In this document: positions 39,323-50,222 of the stretch, piece by piece
How positions within the stretch are numbered: position 1 is the first letter of the stretch
How the letters are laid out: every line of letters starts with the position of its first letter
NCBI RefSeq assembly: GCF_029227855.1
Contig: NZ_CP074356.1
Length of the DNA: 64,000 bases
Direction: 5' to 3' (one strand)
Origin: Escherichia coli
Lineage (GTDB): Bacteria; Pseudomonadota; Gammaproteobacteria; Enterobacterales; Enterobacteriaceae
Notes under the pieces: generated by a model
What the model was told of the DNA's origin: nothing
Database searches by the model: none
Seen by the model: only the letters and a program-made list of their open reading frames with translations
Program-made: the position numbers and the translations under genes

Positions 39323-40021
39323 ATGCAGGATATTCCACAGGAAACACATCATGAGACGACACGCCTTACTCAGTCAGCCCAGGTGGTGCTCTGGGAAATC
39401 GATCTGACAGAGGTCGGTGGTGAACGTTATTTTTTCTGTAATGAGCAGAACGAAAAAGGTGAGCCGGTCACCTGGCAGGGGCGGCAGTATCAGGTATACC
39501 CTATTCAGGGGACGGGATTTGAACTGAACGGTAAGGGTAGTGCTGCCCGTCCGACACTGACGGTCTCTAACCTGCACGGCATGGTCACCGGGATGGTGGA
39601 AGACCTGCAGAGTCTGGTCGGCGGAACGGTGGTCAGGCGTAAGGTTTACGCCCGTTTTCTGGATGCGGTGAACTTCGTCAACGGAAACAGCGACGCCGAT
39701 CCGGAGCAGGAGGTGATCAGCCGCTGGCGCATCGAGCAGTGCAGCGAACTGAGTGCGGTCAGTGCCTCCTTTGTGCTCTCCACACCGACGGAAACGGATG
39801 GTGCTGTTTTTCCGGGGCGCATCATGCTGGCCAACACCTGCACCTGGACCTATCGCGGTGATGAGTGCGGTTATCATGGTCCGGCTGTCGCGGATGAATA
39901 TGACCAGCCGACGTCCGATATCACGAAGGATAAATGCAGCAAATGCCTGAGCGGCTGTAAGTTTCGCAATAACGTCGGCAACTTTGGCGGCTTCCTTTCC
40001 ATTAACAAACTTTCGCAGTAA
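39323..40021 (+). CDS. minor tail protein L
   Basis: 232-aa ORF with C-terminal Cys cluster (CTWTYRGDECGY...CSKCLSGC); lambda L position. Confidence 0.85.
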   Translation: MQDIPQETHHETTRLTQSAQVVLWEIDLTEVGGERYFFCNEQNEKGEPVTWQGRQYQVYPIQGTGFELNGKGSAARPTLTVSNLHGMVTGMVEDLQSLVGGTVVRRKVYARFLDAVNFVNGNSDADPEQEVISRWRIEQCSELSAVSASFVLSTPTETDGAVFPGRIMLANTCTWTYRGDECGYHGPAVADEYDQPTSDITKDKCSKCLSGCKFRNNVGNFGGFLSINKLSQ

Positions 40022-40025
40022 TCCC

Positions 40026-40769
40026 ATGACACAGACAGAATCAGCGATTCTGGCGCACGCCCGGCGATGTGCGCCAGCGGAGTCGTGCGGCTTCGTGGTG
40101 AGAACGCCGGAGGGGGAAAGATATTTTCCCTGCGTGAATATCTCCGGTGAGCCGGAGGATTATTTCCGGATGTCGCCGGAGGACTGGCTGCAGGCAGAGA
40201 TGCAGGGTGAGATTGTGGCGCTGGTCCACAGTCATCCCGGTGGTCTGCCCTGGCTGAGTGAGGCTGACCGGTGGCTGCAGGTGCAGAGTGATTTGCCGTG
40301 GTGGCTGGTCTGCCGGGGGGCGATTCACAAGTTCCGCTGTGTGCCGCATCTCACCGGGCGGCGCTTTGAGCACGGGGTGACGGACTGTTACACGCTGTTC
40401 CGGGACGCTTACCATCTGGCGGGGATTGAGATGCCGGATTTTACGCGGGAGGATGACTGGTGGCGTCACGGTCAGAATCTCTATCTGGATAATCTGGAGG
40501 CCACAGGGCTGTATCAGGTGCCGTTGTCAGCGGCGCAGCCGGGCGATGTGCTGCTGTGCTGTTTTGGTTCATCGGTGCCGAATCACGCCGCAATTTACTG
40601 CGGCGACGGCGAGCTGCTGCACCATATTCCTGAACAACTGAGCAAACGAGAGAGGTATACCGACAAATGGCAGCGACGCACACACTCCCTCTGGCGTCAC
40701 CGGGCATGGCGCGCATCTGCCTTTACGGGGATTTACAACGATTTGGTCGCCGCATCGACCTTCGTGTGA
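40026..40769 (+). CDS. tail assembly protein K (JAB/MPN plus NlpC/P60-like)
   Basis: HSHPGG motif (JAB/MPN-like) and downstream Cys/His region; lambda K position. Confidence 0.85.
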   Translation: MTQTESAILAHARRCAPAESCGFVVRTPEGERYFPCVNISGEPEDYFRMSPEDWLQAEMQGEIVALVHSHPGGLPWLSEADRWLQVQSDLPWWLVCRGAIHKFRCVPHLTGRRFEHGVTDCYTLFRDAYHLAGIEMPDFTREDDWWRHGQNLYLDNLEATGLYQVPLSAAQPGDVLLCCFGSSVPNHAAIYCGDGELLHHIPEQLSKRERYTDKWQRRTHSLWRHRAWRASAFTGIYNDLVAASTFV

Positions 40770-41308
40770 AAACGGGGGCTGAAGCCATCCGGGCGCTGGC
40801 CACACAGCTCCCGGCGTTTCGTCAGAAACTGAGCGACGGCTGGTATCAGGTACGGATTGCCGGGCGTGATACAGGTGAAACGGAATTATCAGCCCGTCTT
40901 AATGAACCGCTGGCAAATGGTGCTGTGATCCATATCGTGCCGCGTCTGGCAGGAGCCAAAAGTGGCGGTGTGTTTCAGGCTGTGCTGGGGGCGGCTGTTA
41001 TGGCGGTTGCTATATGGATGCCGGGGGTAGGAATTATGGCGAGTAATCTGCTGTTTTCTCTCGGTGCCAGTATGACGCTTGGCGGTGTTGCACAGATGCT
41101 GGCCCCTAAACCCAAAACCCCCCGCACACAGACAACGGATAACGGCAAACAGAACACCTATTTTTCTTCACTGGATAATATGGTTGCCCAGGGCAATGTT
41201 CTGCCCGTTCTGTACGGTGAAATGCGCGTGGGATCACGTGTGGTATCTCAGGAGATCAGCACAGCAGATGAAGGTGATGGTGGTCAGGTTGTGGTGATTG
41301 GTCGCTGA
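40667..41308 (+). CDS. tail assembly protein I
   Basis: 213-aa ORF overlapping K 3' end; ubiquitin-like N-terminus and hydrophobic C-terminal segment. Confidence 0.8.
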   Translation: MAATHTLPLASPGMARICLYGDLQRFGRRIDLRVKTGAEAIRALATQLPAFRQKLSDGWYQVRIAGRDTGETELSARLNEPLANGAVIHIVPRLAGAKSGGVFQAVLGAAVMAVAIWMPGVGIMASNLLFSLGASMTLGGVAQMLAPKPKTPRTQTTDNGKQNTYFSSLDNMVAQGNVLPVLYGEMRVGSRVVSQEISTADEGDGGQVVVIGR

Positions 41309-41368
41309 TGAAAAACGTTTTATGTGAAACCGCCTCCGGGCGGTTTTATCGTTTATGGAGCATGACGA

Positions 41369-44300
41369 ATGGGTAAAGGCAGCAGTAAGGGGCATACCCC
41401 GCGCGAAGCGAAGGACAACCTGAAGTCCACGCAGCTGCTGAGTGTGATCGATGCCATCAGCGAAGGGCCGGTTGAAGGTCCGGTGGATGGATTAAAAAGC
41501 GTGCTGCTGAACAGTACGCCGGTGCTGGACAGTGAGGGGAATACCAATATATCCGGCGTCACGGTGGTGTTCCGGGCCGGTGAGCAGGAGCAGACTCCGC
41601 CGGAGGGATTTGAATCCTCCGGTTCCGAGACGGTGCTGGGTACGGAAGTGAAATATGACACGCCGATCACCCGCACCATCACGTCGGCAAACATCGACCG
41701 TCTGCGCTTTACCTTCGGTGTGCAGGCACTGGTGGAAACCACCTCAAAGGGGGACAGGAATCCATCGGAAGTCCGCCTGCTGGTTCAGATACAACGTAAC
41801 GGTGGCTGGGTGACGGAAAAAGACATCACCATTAAGGGTAAAACCACCTCGCAGTATCTGGCCTCAGTGGTGGTGGATAACCTGCCGCCGCGCCCGTTTA
41901 ATATCCGGATGCGCAGGATGACGCCGGACAGCACCACAGACCAGCTGCAGAACAAAACGCTCTGGTCGTCATACACCGAAATCATCGATGTGAAACAGTG
42001 CTACCCGAACACGGCACTGGTCGGCGTGCAGGTGGACTCGGAGCAGTTCGGCAGCCAGCAGGTGAGCCGTAATTATCATCTGCGAGGGCGTATTCTGCAG
42101 GTGCCGTCGAACTATAACCCGCAGACGCGGCAATACAGCGGTATCTGGGACGGGACGTTTAAACCGGCATACAGCAACAACATGGCCTGGTGTCTGTGGG
42201 ATATGCTGACCCATCCGCGCTACGGCATGGGGAAGCGTCTCGGTGCGGCGGATGTGGACAAATGGGCGCTGTATGTCATCGGCCAGAATTGCGACCAGTC
42301 GGTGCCGGATGGCTTTGGTGGCACGGAGCCGCGCATCACCTGTAATGCCTGGCTGACCACGCAGCGCAAGGCGTGGGATGTGCTCAGTGATTTCTGCTCG
42401 GCGATGCGCTGTATGCCGGTATGGAACGGGCAGACGCTGACGTTCGTGCAGGACCGGCCATCGGATAAGGTGTGGACCTATAACCGCAGTAATGTGGTGA
42501 TGCCGGATGATGGCGCGCCGTTCCGCTACAGCTTCAGCGCCCTGAAGGACCGTCATAATGCCGTTGAGGTGAACTGGATTGACCCGAATAACGGCTGGGA
42601 GACGGCGACAGAGCTTGTGGAGGACACGCAGGCCATTGCCCGTTACGGTCGTAACGTCACGAAGATGGATGCCTTTGGCTGTACCAGCCGGGGGCAGGCA
42701 CACCGCGCCGGGCTGTGGCTGATTAAAACAGAACTGCTGGAAACGCAGACCGTGGATTTCAGCGTCGGCGCAGAAGGGCTTCGCCATGTACCGGGCGATG
42801 TTATTGAAATCTGTGATGATGACTATGCCGGTATCAGCACCGGTGGTCGTGTGCTGGCGGTGAACAGCCAGACCCGGACGCTGACGCTCGACCGTGAAAT
42901 CACGCTGCCATCCTCCGGTACCACGCTGATAAGCCTGGTTGACGGAAGTGGCAATCCGGTCAGCGTGGAGGTTCAGTCCGTCACCGACGGCGTGAAGGTA
43001 AAAGTGAGCCGTGTTCCTGACGGTGTTGCTGAATACAGCGTATGGGGGCTGAAGCTGCCGACGCTGCGCCAGCGACTGTTCCGCTGCGTGAGTATCCGTG
43101 AGAACGACGACGGCACGTATGCCATCACCGCCGTGCAGCATGTGCCGGAAAAAGAGGCCATCGTGGATAACGGGGCGCACTTTGACGGCGAACAGAGTGG
43201 CACGGTGAATGGTGTCACGCCGCCAGCGGTGCAGCACCTGACCGCAGAAGTCACTGCAGACAGCGGGGAATATCAGGTGCTGGCGCGCTGGGATACGCCG
43301 AAGGTGGTGAAGGGTGTGAGCTTTATGCTTCGCCTGACCGTGGCAGCGGATGACGGCAGTGAGCGGCTGGTCAGCACGGCCCGGACGACGGAAACCACAT
43401 ACCGCTTCAGGCAGCTGGCGCTGGGAAGCTACAGGCTGACAGTCCGGGCGGCAAATGCCTGGGGGCAGCAGGGCGATCCTGCATCGGTATCGTTCCGGAT
43501 TGCCGCACCGGCAGCGCCGTCGCGGATTGAGCTGACGCCGGGCTATTTTCAGATAACCGCCACGCCCCATCTTGCCGTTTATGATCCGACGGTACAGTTT
43601 GAGTTCTGGTTCTCGGAAAAGCGGATTGCGGATATCAGGCAGGTTGAAACTACAGCCCGCTATCTTGGCACGGCGCTGTACTGGATAGCTGCCAGTATCA
43701 ATATCAAACCGGGCCATGATTATTATTTTTACATCCGCAGTGTGAACACCGTTGGCAAATCGGCATTTGTGGAGGCTGTTGGCCAGCCGAGTGATGATGC
43801 ATCCGGCTATCTGGATTTTTTCAAAGGCGAGATAGGGAAAAGCCATCTGGCTCAGGAGCTGTGGACGCAGATTGATAACGGTCAGCTTGCGCCTGACCTG
43901 GCTGAAATCAGGACGTCCATTACGGATGTCAGCAATGAAATCACGCAGACCGTCAATAAGAAACTGGAAGACCAGAGTGCGGCAATCCAGCAGATACAGA
44001 AGGTTCAGGTTGATACAAATAATAACCTGAACAGCATGTGGGCTGTGAAGCTGCAGCAGATGCAGGACGGACGCCTTTATATCGCGGGTATTGGTGCCGG
44101 TATTGAGAATACCCCTGACGGTATGCAGAGTCAGGTGCTGCTGGCGGCGGACAGGATTGCGATGATTAATCCTGCGAATGGCAACACAAAACCGATGTTT
44201 GTTGGTCAGGGCGATCAGATATTCATGAACGAAGTGTTCCTGAAATATCTGACGGCTCCCACCATTACCAGCGGCGGTAATCCTCCGGCATTTTCCCTGA

Positions 44301-44848
44301 CACCGGACGGGCGGCTGACGGCGAAAAATGCCGATATTAGCGGTAACGTGAATGCGAACTCCGGGACGCTCAACAACGTCACGATTAACGAGAACTGCCG
44401 GGTTCTGGGAAAACTGTCCGCGAACCAGATTGAAGGCGATCTCGTTAAAACAGTGGGCAAAGCTTTCCCCCGGGACTCCCGTGCACCGGAACGGTGGCCA
44501 TCAGGGACCATTACCGTCAGGGTTTATGACGATCAGCCGTTTGACCGGCAGATTGTTATTCCGGCGGTGGCATTCAGCGGCGCTAAACATGAGAGAGAGC
44601 ATACTGATATTTACTCCTCATGCCGTCTGATAGTGCGGAAAAACGGTGCTGAAATTTATAACCGTACCGCGCTGGATAATACGCTGATTTACAGTGGCGT
44701 TATTGATATGCCTGCCGGTCACGGTCACATGACGCTGGAGTTTTCGGTGTCAGCATGGCTGGTAAATGACTGGTATCCCACAGCAAGTATCAGCGATCTG
44801 CTGGTTGTGGTGATGAAGAAAGCCACCGCAGGCATCAGTATCAGCTGA
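41369..44848 (+). CDS. host specificity protein J (central tail fibre)
   Basis: 1159-aa ORF in lambda J position. Confidence 0.9.
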   Translation: MGKGSSKGHTPREAKDNLKSTQLLSVIDAISEGPVEGPVDGLKSVLLNSTPVLDSEGNTNISGVTVVFRAGEQEQTPPEGFESSGSETVLGTEVKYDTPITRTITSANIDRLRFTFGVQALVETTSKGDRNPSEVRLLVQIQRNGGWVTEKDITIKGKTTSQYLASVVVDNLPPRPFNIRMRRMTPDSTTDQLQNKTLWSSYTEIIDVKQCYPNTALVGVQVDSEQFGSQQVSRNYHLRGRILQVPSNYNPQTRQYSGIWDGTFKPAYSNNMAWCLWDMLTHPRYGMGKRLGAADVDKWALYVIGQNCDQSVPDGFGGTEPRITCNAWLTTQRKAWDVLSDFCSAMRCMPVWNGQTLTFVQDRPSDKVWTYNRSNVVMPDDGAPFRYSFSALKDRHNAVEVNWIDPNNGWETATELVEDTQAIARYGRNVTKMDAFGCTSRGQAHRAGLWLIKTELLETQTVDFSVGAEGLRHVPGDVIEICDDDYAGISTGGRVLAVNSQTRTLTLDREITLPSSGTTLISLVDGSGNPVSVEVQSVTDGVKVKVSRVPDGVAEYSVWGLKLPTLRQRLFRCVSIRENDDGTYAITAVQHVPEKEAIVDNGAHFDGEQSGTVNGVTPPAVQHLTAEVTADSGEYQVLARWDTPKVVKGVSFMLRLTVAADDGSERLVSTARTTETTYRFRQLALGSYRLTVRAANAWGQQGDPASVSFRIAAPAAPSRIELTPGYFQITATPHLAVYDPTVQFEFWFSEKRIADIRQVETTARYLGTALYWIAASINIKPGHDYYFYIRSVNTVGKSAFVEAVGQPSDDASGYLDFFKGEIGKSHLAQELWTQIDNGQLAPDLAEIRTSITDVSNEITQTVNKKLEDQSAAIQQIQKVQVDTNNNLNSMWAVKLQQMQDGRLYIAGIGAGIENTPDGMQSQVLLAADRIAMINPANGNTKPMFVGQGDQIFMNEVFLKYLTAPTITSGGNPPAFSLTPDGRLTAKNADISGNVNANSGTLNNVTINENCRVLGKLSANQIEGDLVKTVGKAFPRDSRAPERWPSGTITVRVYDDQPFDRQIVIPAVAFSGAKHEREHTDIYSSCRLIVRKNGAEIYNRTALDNTLIYSGVIDMPAGHGHMTLEFSVSAWLVNDWYPTASISDLLVVVMKKATAGISIS

Positions 44849-44867
44849 ATTTTATAACCCATATACG

Positions 44868-44891
44868 GGCGCCAGAAATGGCGCCTTTTTT
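44868..44891 (+). terminator. rho-independent terminator after J
   Basis: Hairpin ggcgccagaaatggcgcc followed by TTTTTT. Confidence 0.6.
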
Positions 44892-44915
44892 ATTGCAGAA
44901 AAGCGAGAGGTAATT

Positions 44916-45515
44916 ATGCGTAAAGTTTGTGCCGCCATTTTTTCCGCAGCCATTTGTCTGGCCGTATCCGGTGCGCCTGCATGGGCATCTGAACATCAGT
45001 CCACGCTGAGCGCGGGGTATCTTCATGCCTCGACGAACGTTCCCGGCAGCGATGATCTGAACGGGATTAACGTGAAATACCGTTATGAGTTTACGGACAC
45101 ACTGGGGATGGTGACGTCATTCAGCTATGCAGGAGACAAGAATCGCCAGCTTACCCGTTACAGCGATACCCGCTGGCATGAAGATTCCGTGCGTAACCGC
45201 TGGTTCAGCGTGATGGTGGGGCCGTCTGTGCGCGTGAATGAATGGTTCAGCGCGTATGCGATGGCGGGTATGGCTTACAGCCGTGTTTCGACTTTCTCCG
45301 GAGATTATATCCGCGTAACTGACAACAAGGGGAAAACGCACGATGTGCTGACCGGAAGTGATGACGGTCGCCACAGCGACACGTCTCTGGCATGGGGGGC
45401 TGGCGTGCAGTTTAACCCGACCGAATCCGTGGCCATTGATATTGCTTATGAAGGTTCCGGCAGTGGCGACTGGCGCACTGACGGTTTCATCGTTGGTGTC
45501 GGTTATAAATTCTGA
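44916..45515 (+). CDS. lom: Lom/Ail family outer-membrane beta-barrel protein
   Basis: 199-aa ORF with signal peptide, ends GVGYKF (aromatic C-terminal residue typical of OM barrels), SD gagagg. Confidence 0.9.
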
Positions 45516-45541
45516 TTAGCCAGGTAACACAGTGTTATGAC

Positions 45542-45568
45542 AGCCCGCCGGTTCAGGCGGGCTTTTTT
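45542..45568 (+). terminator. rho-independent terminator after lom
   Basis: Hairpin agcccgcc...ggcgggct followed by TTTTTT. Confidence 0.6.
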
Positions 45569-46250
45569 GTGCACAGAAAACCCCCAGCTAGGCTGGGGGT
45601 TCCGGAAAGCTTTCAGCTTTGAGCCAGTTATTAAAACCCCTTTTGATTTGTTAAAACACTTTGCGGTCTGGCAACTGCAAGTGTCAAACAAGAAATCAAA
45701 AGGGGGTCCCAATGGGGAACGAAAAGAGCTTAGCGCACACCCGATGGAACTGTAAATATCACATAGTTTTTGCGCCAAAATACCGAAGACAGGTGTTCTA
45801 CAGAGAGAAGCGTAGAGCAATAGGCAGTATTTTGAGAAAGCTGTGTGAGTGGAAAAGCGTACGGATTCTGGAAGCTGAATGCTGTGCAGATCATATCCAT
45901 ATGCTTGTGGAGATCCCGCCCAAAATGAGCGTATCCGGGTTTATGGGATATCTGAAAGGGAAAAGCAGTCTGATGCTTTACGAGCAGTTTGGTGATTTGA
46001 AATTCAAATACAGGAACAGGGAGTTCTGGTGCAGAGGGTACTACGTCGATACAGTGGGTAAGAACACGGCGAAGATACAGGATTACATAAAGCACCAGCT
46101 TGAAGAGGATAAAATGGGAGAGCAGTTATCGATTCCCTATCCGGGCAGCCCGTTTACGGGCCGTAAGTAACGAAGTTGGATGCAAATGTCAGATCGTGTG
46201 CGCCTGTTAGGGCGCGGCTGGTAAGAGAGCCTTATAGGCGCATTTGAAAA
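45569..46250 (+). mobile_element. IS200-type insertion sequence (IS200/IS605 family)
   Basis: Y1 (HUH) transposase gene flanked by short noncoding ends; perfect palindrome cccccagctaggctggggg at 45581-45599 near the left end; boundaries approximate. Confidence 0.7.
45712..46170 (+). CDS. tnpA: IS200-type transposase TnpA
   Basis: 152-aa product MGNEKSLAHTRWNCKYHIVFAPKYRRQVFY... with HUH-like HMLVEIPP and catalytic Tyr region. Confidence 0.85.
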   Translation: MGNEKSLAHTRWNCKYHIVFAPKYRRQVFYREKRRAIGSILRKLCEWKSVRILEAECCADHIHMLVEIPPKMSVSGFMGYLKGKSSLMLYEQFGDLKFKYRNREFWCRGYYVDTVGKNTAKIQDYIKHQLEEDKMGEQLSIPYPGSPFTGRK

Positions 46251-46290
46251 ACCTCCGGCTATGCCGGAGGATATTTATTGTGGAGTGGAT

Positions 46291-48696
46291 ATGGCAGCAG
46301 TAAAAATCTCAGGTGTGCTGAAAGATGGTGCGGGAAAACCAATACAGAACTGCACTATTCAACTGAAGGCAAAGCGTAACAGCACCACGGTACTGGTGAA
46401 CACGGTGGCTTCTGAAAATCCGGATGAAGCCGGACGTTACAGCATGGATGTTGAGTATGGCCAGTACAGCGTCACCCTGCTGGTTGAAGGTTTTCCGCCT
46501 TCACATGCCGGGACCATTACCGTCTATGAAGGCTCCAGACCAGGTACGCTGAATGATTTTCTCGGTGCCATGACGGAAGATGATGTCATGCCGGAGGCAT
46601 TGCGTCGTTTTGAGGCAATGGTGGAAGAAGTGGCACGCAACGCCGAAGCCGCCTCTCAGAGCGCAGCGGCGGCAAAGAAATCCGAAACTGCAGCGGCATC
46701 ATCAAAGAACGCGGCGAAAACCTCAGAAACGAATGCAGCTAATAGTGCACAGGCGGCAGCGACCTCAAAGACTGCATCGGCAAACTCCGCGACAGCAGCC
46801 AAAAAATCAGAAACCAACGCGAAAAATAGCGAGACAGCCGCAAAGACGAGCGAAACCAACGCAAAGTCCAGCCAGACGGCAGCGAAAACCAGCGAAACGA
46901 ATGCCAAAGCCAGTGAAACTGCGGCAAAAAACAGCCAGGTTGCAGCAGCCCAAAGCGAGAGCGCGGCAGCCGGTTCTGCGACTTCAGCAGCTGGATCAGC
47001 AACTGCTGCGGCTAACAGCCAGAAAGCTGCGAAGACGAGTGAAACTAACGCAAAGTCCAGCCAGACGGCAGCGAAGACCAGCGAAACGAATGCCAAAGCC
47101 AGTGAAACTGCGGCGAAAAGCAGTCAGGATGCAGCGGCCCAAAGCGAGAGTGCCGCAGCCAGTTCTGCAAGCGCGGCGGCTGCTTCTGCCACTGCATCAG
47201 CCAACAGTCAAAAAGCAGCAAAAACCAGTGAAACCAACGCAAAGGCGAGCGAGACTGCGGCGGCGAACTCGGCGCAAGCATCGGCAGCAAGCCAGACAGC
47301 AGCTAAAGCAAGTGAAGACGCAGCCAGAGAGTATGCAAGCCAGGCAGCGGAGCCGTATAAATATGTCTTACAGCCACTGCCTGATGTGTGGATACCGTTT
47401 AACGATTCACTGGATATGATTACGGGCTTTTCGCCATCATATAAAAAAATTGTTATTGGCGACGATGAAATAACAATGCCTGGCGACAAGATTGTAAAGT
47501 TTAAACGCGCATCGAAAGCAACTTACATTAATAAATCTGGTGTGCTGACAGAGGCTGCCATTGACGAGCCACGATTTGAACGTGATGGCCTGCTTATTGA
47601 GGGGCAAAGAACTAACCTGCTAATCAATTCAACAAATCCGACTAAATGGAACAAGTCGTCAAATATGATCTTAAGTGCATCAGGTGTAGATGATTTCGGA
47701 TTCCAGTACGCAAAATTTACATTAAAACCAGAAATGGTAGGGCAAATTTCAGCGATTAACATAGTAACCGTTTCCGGCAGTAAAGGTTTTGATGTAACAG
47801 GCGGAGAAAAGTATGTAACCATATCATGCAGGGTGCAAAGTGGCACTCCAAATTTAAGATGCCGATTACGATTTGAAAACTATGATGGTTCTACCTACAC
47901 ATTCTTAGGTGACGCTTACTTAAATACGACAGATTTATCTATTGATAAGACGGGTGGTGCCGCTAATCGCATTACTGCAAGGGCTGTTAAAGATGAAGCA
48001 AGCAAATGGATCTTTTTTGAGGCGACAATTAAGGCACTTGATACAGAAAATATGATAGGTGGAATGGTTCAGTATGCCCCGGCAAAAGGAGTGGGCACTG
48101 GCGCGGATGATTATATTTATATTGCGACCCCTCAAGTTGAAGGTGGGGCGTGCGCTTCATCGTTTATTATAACAGGCGCATCCCCTGTAACACGCGCCAG
48201 CGATATTGTAACGGTCCCCATTTCTCTAAATTGGTGCAATCCCGCTATTAGTTCATTAGCAGAAGTTAATACCAATTGGGATGAATCGCCAAACAAAGAA
48301 GGTAGCGCACGTATTCTTAATATTTCCACTACGGGAGATACAACTGAAATTGCAGATGAAAGTTATATGTATTTGGGGTATACATCTTTGGGAGCACGCG
48401 CAATCATTACAAATGGTAAAGGCACTAAAATAGAATATAAAAGCGTTATAGAACGACCAGAGAGAAAAAGCATTATCGGCTTTAGATTCACAGAAAGTCG
48501 AGAATTGTGTGTTGTGGTTAACGGTAATATTGGTGCTAAGGTGGTTTCTCCTTATAAAAAACACAAATATACAGGAGGCTTCATTAATATTGGTGGTCAA
48601 TCATCATCCGGCAACCGTCACCTATTTGGACACGTTCGAAATCTGCGTATTTGGCACAAGGCATTGACTGATGCTCAGATGGGGGAGTCAATCTAA
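46291..48696 (+). CDS. stf: side tail fibre protein (Stf-like) with repeat-rich shaft and distinct C-terminal receptor-binding region
   Basis: N-terminus MAAVKISGVLKDGAGKPIQNCTIQLKAKRNSTT... matches conserved Stf N-terminal domain; Ala/Lys/Thr/Ser/Glu-rich repeats; AT-richer C-terminal third. Confidence 0.85.
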   Translation: MAAVKISGVLKDGAGKPIQNCTIQLKAKRNSTTVLVNTVASENPDEAGRYSMDVEYGQYSVTLLVEGFPPSHAGTITVYEGSRPGTLNDFLGAMTEDDVMPEALRRFEAMVEEVARNAEAASQSAAAAKKSETAAASSKNAAKTSETNAANSAQAAATSKTASANSATAAKKSETNAKNSETAAKTSETNAKSSQTAAKTSETNAKASETAAKNSQVAAAQSESAAAGSATSAAGSATAAANSQKAAKTSETNAKSSQTAAKTSETNAKASETAAKSSQDAAAQSESAAASSASAAAASATASANSQKAAKTSETNAKASETAAANSAQASAASQTAAKASEDAAREYASQAAEPYKYVLQPLPDVWIPFNDSLDMITGFSPSYKKIVIGDDEITMPGDKIVKFKRASKATYINKSGVLTEAAIDEPRFERDGLLIEGQRTNLLINSTNPTKWNKSSNMILSASGVDDFGFQYAKFTLKPEMVGQISAINIVTVSGSKGFDVTGGEKYVTISCRVQSGTPNLRCRLRFENYDGSTYTFLGDAYLNTTDLSIDKTGGAANRITARAVKDEASKWIFFEATIKALDTENMIGGMVQYAPAKGVGTGADDYIYIATPQVEGGACASSFIITGASPVTRASDIVTVPISLNWCNPAISSLAEVNTNWDESPNKEGSARILNISTTGDTTEIADESYMYLGYTSLGARAIITNGKGTKIEYKSVIERPERKSIIGFRFTESRELCVVVNGNIGAKVVSPYKKHKYTGGFINIGGQSSSGNRHLFGHVRNLRIWHKALTDAQMGESI
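46650..47300 (+). repeat. tandem and near-identical direct repeats inside stf (about 110-bp copies at 46861-46975 and 47050-47164, 189-bp period)
   Basis: Repeated blocks gcaaagtccagccagacggcagcgaa(a/g)accagcgaaacgaatgccaaagccagtgaaactgcggc...; many spurious ORFs on both strands. Confidence 0.75.
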
Positions 48697-48977
48697 TGAA
48701 AGATTTAACACTCAAATTTGCCGACAGGGCCGATTTTTCGGCCTTTATGGGAAGTATTGGCTATTATAATGACGAGTCGATGCAGGATGATATTCTGATT
48801 GATGTGATAGGTAACGTGTACAAAGAAACCGGAGAGCTGACTGAAGATGGCGAACCGGTATGTGTTAAGGAAGATGGATATTTTGTAAACGTGCGCATCA
48901 TTAAGGATACGCAAATATCGTCATTATTCGATGAATACGCGGTTGCTGTTGAGCATCAACTTCGTGGCTGGATGTGA
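48696..48977 (+). CDS. hypothetical protein downstream of stf
   Basis: 93-aa acidic ORF, ATG overlaps stf stop. Confidence 0.5.
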   Translation: MKDLTLKFADRADFSAFMGSIGYYNDESMQDDILIDVIGNVYKETGELTEDGEPVCVKEDGYFVNVRIIKDTQISSLFDEYAVAVEHQLRGWM

Positions 48978-48986
48978 GGTAGAGAA

Positions 48987-49691
48987 ATGGCTACATCAAC
49001 AGTAATTCCGGGAGACATCACCACGCTGAAGGGAGATGTTAGTAAAGCAAAGGAAGATATTTCCTCTATTAACGGAAAAGTATCAACGCTTCAGACTGAT
49101 ATGGCCAGTGCAAAGCAGGATATCAGCACCAGATACACAAAAACTGAAGTTGATAATAAGCTGAAAAACAAAGTGGAAGTGAACGATCTGGAAAGTGGTC
49201 GTTATGGCGGAGATTTTTACCCGCTGACTGGCCGTGAAGCGTTTTATTTATGGGGATTGGGCACAACTACAGCGGCGGCAAATCTTTATCTTAATCCTGA
49301 CCCTGCAATTTCGTCTGTGCTGCGGTCAACATCGTCTATCCGCTATAAACATTCAGTAGAGACGATAGATTCAGAGCACGCCGATCTCATTTTCAGGATG
49401 CGCCCTGTGTGGTACAGGTCGCAATGCGAAAATGACAGGCGTGACTGGGGATTCTATGGATTGATTGCCGAGGAAGTTGGAGAAATTGCCCCTCAGTTTG
49501 TTCACTGGCGACCAGCCAACGAAGATGATGCACCGGAAACCATTTCCAGCAATGGCCTTGTTGCCGAAGGTGTAATGTACGAACGTCTGGTTGTTCCACT
49601 GATTCACCATATCCAGAAGCTGACTGAAAGAGTTGATGAACTTGAGTCAGAATTAAAGTTGTTATCCGTTTCCCGAAGCGATATCGGATAA
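48987..49691 (+). CDS. tail-fibre-associated protein with N-terminal coiled coil and C-terminal intramolecular-chaperone (peptidase S74-like) region
   Basis: C-terminal segment IRYKHSVETIDSEHADLIFRMRPVWYRSQCENDRRDWGFYGLIAEEVGEIAPQFV resembles the autoproteolytic chaperone domain of tailspike/fibre proteins (pattern recall only). Confidence 0.55.
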   Translation: MATSTVIPGDITTLKGDVSKAKEDISSINGKVSTLQTDMASAKQDISTRYTKTEVDNKLKNKVEVNDLESGRYGGDFYPLTGREAFYLWGLGTTTAAANLYLNPDPAISSVLRSTSSIRYKHSVETIDSEHADLIFRMRPVWYRSQCENDRRDWGFYGLIAEEVGEIAPQFVHWRPANEDDAPETISSNGLVAEGVMYERLVVPLIHHIQKLTERVDELESELKLLSVSRSDIG

Positions 49692-49701
49692 AGGAGGCGT
49701 A

Positions 49702-49995
49702 ATGGATATAACACCTTTCCTTCATGCACTTTGTGCTGTGGCTGCGCAGGTACTGGTTGGTCTTTTTACCGGAAACTGGGCTTACGGGGCGATAGCTGGT
49801 TGTACGTTCTTCATTGCGCGTGAACATACCCAGGCAGAATATCGCTGGATTGAAATGTTCGGGCATGGCAAGCGTATGAATATGCCGTGGTGGGGCGGTT
49901 TTGATCCGCGTGCGTGGGATGTGGCAAGCCTGATGGATTTTGCTGTGCCGGTGGTGGCGTGTCTGCTGGTCTGGCTGTTGGTTAATCGTGGGTGA
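49702..49995 (+). CDS. hypothetical membrane protein
   Basis: 97-aa ORF with strong SD aaggagg; hydrophobic segments at both ends. Confidence 0.5.
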   Translation: MDITPFLHALCAVAAQVLVGLFTGNWAYGAIAGCTFFIAREHTQAEYRWIEMFGHGKRMNMPWWGGFDPRAWDVASLMDFAVPVVACLLVWLLVNRG

Positions 49996-50005
49996 AAAAA
50001 GGTGA

Positions 50006-50125
50006 GCTGTATATGCAACGGAGGAAGAAACCTCGTTGCGGGAAGCCTTGAAGAAGTATCGGGTGTTGCTGAACCGTGTTGATACGTCAACTGCACAGGA
50101 TATTGAATGGCCAGCACTGCCGTAG
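50006..50125 (+). pseudogene. 3' remnant of a tail fibre assembly gene (tfa)
   Basis: Frame without start codon encoding ...[36 protein letters not shown], resembling the remembered conserved Tfa C-terminus. Confidence 0.55.
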
Positions 50126-50222
50126 GGTAAAACATATAAATTCTATAATTAGATGTATCTTTCCATTTACGGCAAGGAAGGGGGCTTGGAAGACGTAAGG
50201 CATCTCACACCGAGATTATTTT

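Noticed and set aside
41969-43846. 625-aa minus-strand ORF inside the J gene
   Set aside because: Antisense to a long, well-supported tail gene; Arg/His/Pro/Ala-rich product typical of open antisense frames in GC-rich coding sequence.
46580-47419. Several long ORFs on both strands across the stf repeat region, including a 279-aa Arg/Gln/Pro-rich frame
   Set aside because: They are alternative frames of the Ala/Lys/Thr/Ser repeat DNA; only the stf frame is continuous with the conserved fibre N-terminus and C-terminus.
50018-50048. Candidate Pin crossover site (ggaggaagaaacctcgttgcgggaagcc)
   Set aside because: Only loose resemblance to gix/cix half-sites and no inverted partner found by eye, so not called as a recombination site.
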